In this document: positions 7,821 to 13,800 of the stretch, in pieces | How the letters are laid out: each line of letters begins with the position of its first letter | Position numbering within the stretch: the stretch's first letter is position 1 | Assembly (NCBI RefSeq): GCF_008065095.1 | Contig: NZ_CP042911.1 | Location: forward strand, 7,380,001 to 7,412,000 | Source of the DNA: Gemmata obscuriglobus | Lineage (GTDB): Bacteria > Planctomycetota > Planctomycetia > Gemmatales > Gemmataceae | Reading direction: 5' to 3' | Length of the DNA: 32,000 nt | Made by a program: the position numbers and the translations under genes | The notes under the pieces: model-generated | Database searches by the model: none | Told to the model about the DNA's origin: nothing | What the model saw: the letters and a program-made list of their open reading frames with translations, nothing else

Positions 7821-9013
7821 GGTGGTGTCCTACACACGTTGCACGGCGGGATAAGCCAACCATTCAGCGAGTGAACATACGTGATCGGTGAGCCCGGCGG
7901 CCATCGCCGGGGTTTGTGCCGATAGCGGCCGTCATCGCCTTTCACGCGCAGGGTGCGGACGGGCCAACAGAAGTTGTCGCTGAAGTAACTGAACGCGGTG
8001 GCCGCCCGGTGGGTGCGCCTCCCAGTCCTTCGAGAACCCGTAGCTCTTCCGCACCTCGCGGCGGCACCGGTTCCGATTGATCCCGTTGTACCGCTCCACG
8101 AAGCACGCGTTCACAACCGTGCTCACCGCCGAGCAGCGCGGCGGCCACTGCGGCCCCGGTCCCGAACACCACCCGAGTGCTCACCGACACCACCCGGTTG
8201 TTCTCACGCGCCTTGTGCACGGTCGCGTACGCGAGTGCCGCCGGTAGCACCACCCGAGCCTTCCGCGTGCGCCCCGGGCGCCCGGTCCGTGGTGGGGTGA
8301 CCAACGGGCCGTACGCCGCGCGGATGGCCGATTCGTACACCGGGTACTCGTCCGTGGTGATGAGCCGCAGGACCCGCCTGCCGGTCCGCCGATGCGCGCC
8401 CGCACCAGCGCGTGGGTCGCGTCCTCGGTTCGCTTGCCCACCACCAGTCGGTGCTCCGGGTCCAGGGCCACGTGGTCCCCGCAGTCCCCGCGGCGCCGCT
8501 CGTCCGGCCCGCCGTTCTTCTCCTTGCGGGCCACGAAGCTCCACTTCTCATCGAGTTGGAATTCGTTCGAAGGGGAAAGGGCCACCAACTCATCGTGGAA
8601 CGGCTGGGCGTGCTCGCCGGCCTGACGGAGATATCGGGTGACCGTGTCCCGGTGTACTCCGACCAACCGAGCGGTCTTGCGCGTACCGGCGCCCTCGGCC
8701 ACGTGGGCCAACACCGACACCACCGTGTCGGCGGATAACCGGATGCCGTACAGGGGCGTGCCCTTGCGCTCGGAGAACCGGGCCTTGCACGTGGAGCACC
8801 GCAGCACCCGAGTACGGTTCGGTCCGTACCGGTCGGTACCGTCAGGTTCCCGTGGTCCCACTTCCCGTGGTCCGGACAGCCCGCGTTCCGGCAACAGAAC
8901 CGACTCAGGTCGTCCATCACCGATCTCGACGCGCGCGAGGGAAAACACCACGCCAACGGCGTAACTCCCTACCACACATCAGCAGCCGCATGCAAGACGA
9001 ACAGGACACCACC
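7821..9013 (-). mobile_element. Decayed IS1-family-like insertion sequence
   Basis: The terminal inverted repeat GGTGGTGTCCT (7821-7831) has its reverse complement at 9003-9013. A conserved TTGCA block follows at the same offset in both ends. The repeats enclose one fragmented transposase reading frame. I found no matching target-site duplication. Confidence 0.65.
7830..8917 (-). pseudogene. IS1-like transposase gene broken by at least five frameshifts
   Basis: Recognisable segments lie in different frames. They are MDDLSRFCCRNAGCPDHG...GNLTV; DRYGPNRTRVLRCSTCKARFSERKGTPLY...QLDEKWSFV...DPEHRLVVGKRT; RRTGRRVLRLITTDEYPVYESAI; VNACFVERYNGINRNRCRREVRKSYGFSKDWEAH (compare IS1 InsB [24 protein letters not shown]); AFSYFSDNFCWPVRTLRVK..GRYRH; and TPAMAAGLTDHVCSLAEWLAYPAVQRV followed by a stop at 7830-7832. 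Confidence 0.75.
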
Positions 9014-9497
9014 AAAAAGACGGTGCAATCGAATACCAACTCAGATCCGGTCTGACTTCATTGCTAGCTCAAACAGTCTGGGCCAGCATTAACTAGTTGA
9101 CGCGCGAGCAATCTCGCAGGGAAGAGGCGGGACAGCGGTGGTTACACAGATAGCCGGCACCGGTTCGCCCACACTTGGCCCTTTTGGGTGCCTGGACAAC
9201 GGGGGCAACGTGAGAGCGCAACCAACCGCGCCCTACCGGCCGGGCATAACGATGCTCCCGCGACCGGACCGGCTCCGCTTACTCAAGTGCCAACGCGAGG
9301 GTTACCCGGCGCACCGTCGACACCGTAAGTCGTACCCGTTCGGTCATCGCGAACGGGCGACCGCGCACCCGCGCGGCCCAAGATGGAACGAGAAATGCGA
9401 TCCTGGCGCGATTATCTGGACGCACCCAGAGCCGGATCGAGCCGGCGCGGTACGCACGGCAGCACCTGCACAATTGCGACCTTTGGAACCACAAGAC

Positions 9498-9608
9498 ATT
9501 CGATCTTGATGGTAAAATATTTAACAAATACATGAAATCAAAATAATACAATATAACACACTAATATAAATTATTATATATTCAATATATTTCGAGTTTA
9601 GTTAATTC
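9498..9608. other. AT-rich island (about 110 bp) inside GC-rich DNA
   Basis: The sequence ...ggtaaaatatttaacaaatacatgaaatcaaaataatacaatataacacactaatataaattattatatattcaatatatttcgagtttagttaatt is almost free of G and C, while the flanks are GC-rich. No credible ORF overlaps it. Confidence 0.85.
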
Positions 9609-10108
9609 GCAACCTCGGGCCGCAGGCATTGGGAACTGCGGCCACGCCCCCCCTTTGCCGCCGCCGACAGCGAATCGCCGGGCAGATCACCTTCCGCGCC
9701 GTTGAGTGTACGAATCGCACGACGTTTCGTGCCTTTGCCGGGCGACAGTAGTCCCGTCCGGCAAAGGCACTTGCCGGCCAGATAGGAAGTGATTCCCTTC
9801 GGTATCAGGCTGCGCACTTTCGCGCACCAAGCGGACCTGCCCAACCGCCCCCAAAGCCGGCGTCTTGAAGTTACGAGATCCTGACAGCAATTCTGACCGA
9901 TATATGGGAGGAAAAGGTTACAAACCGGAAACCAACTTGCCCGGCGACCGCCCGAATAGCAGTGAATACCAAGATTCCGCCCTGCCAGATGCAAAATGGA
10001 CAGTTCGGCACGGCATCTGCTTTATTGTCTCATGTCGAACACCAGTTCGGGCCAGTTCCCCCGGCCCGTACCACACACCACCCTGCACTTCCATACACCT
10101 ATCAACGA

Positions 10109-10145
10109 AAGCCGGCGTTTACGAACGCCGGCTTCCTCTTTTTCA
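10109..10145 (+). terminator. Rho-independent terminator (plus strand)
   Basis: The stem is aagccggcgtt (10109-10119) paired with aacgccggctt (10124-10134), an 11-bp perfect stem with a tacg loop. It is followed by cctctttttcacc. No plus-strand CDS ends upstream of it. Confidence 0.75.
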
Positions 10146-10194
10146 CCGCTGCGTCCGGCCGATACTCTTGTGAACCTCTTCGAGCAGTGAACCA

Positions 10195-10896
10195 ATGCCC
10201 GAACTCACGATCCCCCAAGCGCAATCGGGTCCGCCGCCGATGGTCTGCATGTATTGCGGGGCGCCAGCCACTTCCACGGTGGAATGGGACGAGATCAACA
10301 GCCCCACGGAAAAGGTCAGAAGTTCCGGAGGCGGAGCCGATCCGATGCCGGTGCCCACGGGAGACGACCCGGTTTCCGCCGCCATCGCCGTTCTGATGCT
10401 GCCGCTGGTGCTGTGGGATTTGCTCAAGTCGCTGGTCGCGGGGATCGGCGCGGCCGCTCGCTGGGCCACCCGCCCCCGTGCGGAAGCGCCCCCACCACAA
10501 CCGCCACGTGAATGGCCGAAAACGCGGGTCGTCGTGACCACCTGCGCGCGGCACCGGCGGTTCCGGGACCGGTTCGTCTGGGTCGGACTCGCGGCGTCTT
10601 TGGGACTCGCCGCGTTGTGGGTGTGGGCGGTGCTGGAAACCCGCCGGGTAATGGGGACGGAGGACGTGGGGCTCGCGACCGCGCTGCTGCTTACCGCGGT
10701 GTTCGCGAGCGCCCTGGGGCCGCTCGCGTTCTCGGTCTGGTACTCGTTCGCCGGACCGGTGGTCGTCGACCGGGTGACCGAACACGGCGTCGTGCTGGAC
10801 CGGGTGCGACAGGCGTACCTCGACGCGACCCGGCCCCCGGCCGACGTCTCGGCGCCGGCCGCCGGGACCGTCACCCGACGTACACGCCGCCGGTGA
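10195..10896 (+). CDS. Hypothetical membrane protein with an N-terminal CxxC and a distal CxxH
   Basis: 233 aa with high third-position GC. Three hydrophobic segments are AAIAVLMLPLVLWDLL, FVWVGLAASLGLAALWVWAVL and VGLATALLLTAVFASALGPLAF. MVCMYCG and TTCARH could form a split zinc site. I recognise no family. The RBS is weak, and an alternative start at the Met of MVCMYCG is possible. Confidence 0.55.
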   Translation: MPELTIPQAQSGPPPMVCMYCGAPATSTVEWDEINSPTEKVRSSGGGADPMPVPTGDDPVSAAIAVLMLPLVLWDLLKSLVAGIGAAARWATRPRAEAPPPQPPREWPKTRVVVTTCARHRRFRDRFVWVGLAASLGLAALWVWAVLETRRVMGTEDVGLATALLLTAVFASALGPLAFSVWYSFAGPVVVDRVTEHGVVLDRVRQAYLDATRPPADVSAPAAGTVTRRTRRR

Positions 10897-13800
10897 ACGA
10901 GGCGTCGCCCACCAACAGGCTCAGAGCCGGCACGCCGTCCACGAACGCCTTCACGTGCGGCCCGGCCCCGGGACCGGCCCCGGTGAGCACCGCCGTCCGA
11001 CCGTTCACCGTCCCGGTGCCCACCCGGACGCCACCGCGGAACCCGGCGTCGTACGCGAAGAAGCTCTGGAGCAGCGCCCCGTCTCGCCCGCTAAACACTT
11101 TCACGTGCGCCGCGGTGCCCGGACCGGAACCGGTGACGATGTCGTCGAACCCGTCACCGTTCACGTCACCCGATGCCACGTACACCCCACCCGCGTGCGC
11201 GCCGTACGGCGCGAAGCTCTGGAGCAGCGCCCCGTCCCGCCCGCTGAATACCTTCACGTGTGCGGCGGTGCCTGGACCGGAACCGGTGATGATGTCGTCG
11301 AACCCGTCGCCGTTCACGTCGCCCGTCGACACCCGCACCCCGCCACGGAACCCGGCGTCGTACGCGAAGAAGCTCTGAATCTGCGCACCGTCCTTCCCGC
11401 TGAACACCTTCACGTGCGGCGCCGCGCCGGCGTCCGCCGACACCACGATGTCCTCGAACCCGTCGCCGTTCACGTCACCCGTCGACACGAACACGCCGCC
11501 CGAGAACCCGCTGAACGCCAGGAAGCTGTACAGCAGCGACCCGTCGGCGGCGAACACCTTCACGTGCCCGCCTGCGGCGCCCGCGCCCGCCCCGGTGATC
11601 GTGTCCGCCAGGCCGTCCCCGTTCACGTCCCCGGACGCCACCCGGATTTCGCCGCCGAACCCGGCGAACGCGGTGATCGGCGTCCCGGGCGCGCCGGTCG
11701 TCGGGTCGATCGGCCGCACCGTGCCGGGCGTCCCGCCGCCCGTGCCGATGCTGACCACCGGTGTGCTGGCCGTGTCGTCGTTGGTGATCGTGCCGGTGCC
11801 GGTGACATCCGCGATCGTCGGGTAGACGAGGTTCGAGAGCACCACCGTGAAGGTCTCGTCGGGCTCGACCGTGGTGTCCCCGAGTACCGACACGGTGATG
11901 GTCTTCGAGGTCTCGCCCGGGGCGAACGTGAGCGTACCCGTGGCCGCCGTGAAGTCCGTGCCCGCCGTCGCCGTGCCCCCGGCCGTCGTGTAGTCCACCG
12001 TGATCGTCTGGCTGCTCGGCGCCGACAGAGTCACGGCGAAGGTGAAGCCGGTCACGCCCGTGTTCCCTTCGGCCGCCGTCACGCTGCTGATGGAAACGGT
12101 CGGTGGCAGCGTGCTGACCACCACGTCGTTCCCATCGCCGCCGACGTAGCTGATCGTGAAGGTGACCCCGCCGGCGGTGAAGCTCGCGCCCTCGGCCAGC
12201 CCGGCGAACGTCCCGACCACCGCGTCACTGCCGTCGTTGGCGATCAGAGTGAAGTCGGTGCCCGCGACGGGGGCGAAGCCGAGCACCACGGTCAGGGTCG
12301 CGCCGGTCACGTCCACCGTGCCGGCGACGGCCGCCTGGTCGTACCCGACGCCCGCCGTCGCGCCGTTGATCTCCGCGCTGAAGGTGCTCCCGGCGGGCAG
12401 CGCCAGGTTGCCCGTGGTGAGCGTGCCCGGGGAGGTGCCCGGCGCAACGGTCCCGCCCGCGGCCGCCGTCACCGCCGGAACCGTCCCGGTCCCGCCCAGC
12501 GTGCCGCCGTTACTCACCTGCACGCCAGAGCTGGTGGTGATGCTCCCGGTGACGCTCAGCACGCCGGCGCTCACCGTGGTGGACCCGGTGTACGTGTTGG
12601 TCGCCGACAGGGTCAGCGTTCCGGCCCCGGCCTTGGTGAGACCACCGGTGCCGCTGACCGGAGACGAAAGGGTGACAGCGGCCGAACTGCTGATCGTGGC
12701 GGCCCCGTTCAGCACGACCGAGTTATCGATCGTGGTCGCGCCGGTGACCGCCAGCGTGGAGCCGGCGAACAGCAGCACCGCGCCGGCCCCCAGGTTCGCG
12801 TCGGCGCCCACGCTCAGCGTGCCGGCGTTGAGGAAGAATGTCCCGGTTAGCGTGTTGTTGCCGGACAGGGTCAGGGTGCCGGTGCCCGCCTTCGCAAGCA
12901 ATCCGGATCCGGAGAGGACGCCACTGAAGGTGGTGCTGGTGTTGTCCCCGCCGGCCGTGAGCTGCATCGCCAGCGTCACACTCCCGGCGCCCGCCAGTGA
13001 CCCGATGCTCTCGTTGGACGTCGGAGCGAGGGTGGCACCGGCAGCGACGGTGACCGCGCTCGTGTCCGCGATCGACAGGCCGCCCGTCAGCGAGAGGGTG
13101 CCAGCGCCGACCGTGGTGGCGCCGGTGTAGGTGTTGGCGCCCGACAGGGTCAGGGTCCCGGTGCCGTCCTTGGTCAGAGCTCCCGTGCCGCTAATCACAC
13201 CGGAGAACGTGGTGCTGGTGTTATCCCCACCCGCCGTCAGGAAGGCCACGCCGAGGGTCACGTTCCCGGCCCCGGCCAGGGACCCGATGGCCTCGTCGGC
13301 GCTCAGCGCGAGGGTGGCCCCGGCGGAGACGGTGACCGCGCTCGTGTCCGCGATCGCAGCATTGCTCGCGAGCGTGAGCGTGCCGGCGGACACCGTGGTG
13401 GCACCGGTGTACGTGTTGGCTCCGGACAGGGTGAGGGTGCCAGTGCCCTGCTTGGTCAGGGCACCCGTGCCGCTCATCGCCCCGCTGAACGTGGTGCTGG
13501 TGTTGTCCCCGCCGGCGGTCAGTGTGAACGTGCCCAGCGTCACATCACCGGCCCCGGCCAGCGACCCGACGGTCTCGCTCGCCCCCAGGTCGAGAGTCGC
13601 ACCGGCGCCCACGCTCACGGCACTGGTGTCGCCCACCGCCGACCCGCCCGACAGCGTGAGCGTACCGGCGGACACCGTCGTGGCACCGGTGTACGTATTG
13701 GTGCCGGACAGGGTGAGGGTGCCGGCCCCGGTCTTGGTGAGGCCGCCGGTGCCGGACACGACACCCGAGGCGGTCACCGCCAGCGCGTTGTCGACGGTCG

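Noticed and set aside
8821-8840. I considered whether the near-tandem 10-bp duplication (ggtccgtacc ggtcggtacc) at the first transposase frame break caused the frameshift.
   Set aside because: Removing one copy does not restore the downstream frame when worked through by hand. It cannot explain the break by itself.
9138-9994. The track ORFs 9138-9509 (+), 9279-9551 (-) and 9602-9994 (-) were considered as possible genes.
   Set aside because: Their composition is atypical for this genome, with Cys/Arg/Trp-rich, motif-free translations. They have no RBS and overlap the AT island. I treat them as non-coding.
9600-10150. I considered whether this region is RNase P RNA, tmRNA, SRP RNA or a tRNA. 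I was prompted by ggtgcgcgaaagtgcgca on the minus strand, which resembles the RNase P GGTGCGGTAAGAGCGCACC helix.
   Set aside because: The universally conserved GAGGAAAGTCCGGGC and ACAGAA-CGGCTTA blocks are absent on both strands. There is no tRNA-like GGTTCGA T-arm or CCA-adjacent acceptor pairing, and no SRP GGAAGCAGCC-type motif. Only cmscan could settle this.
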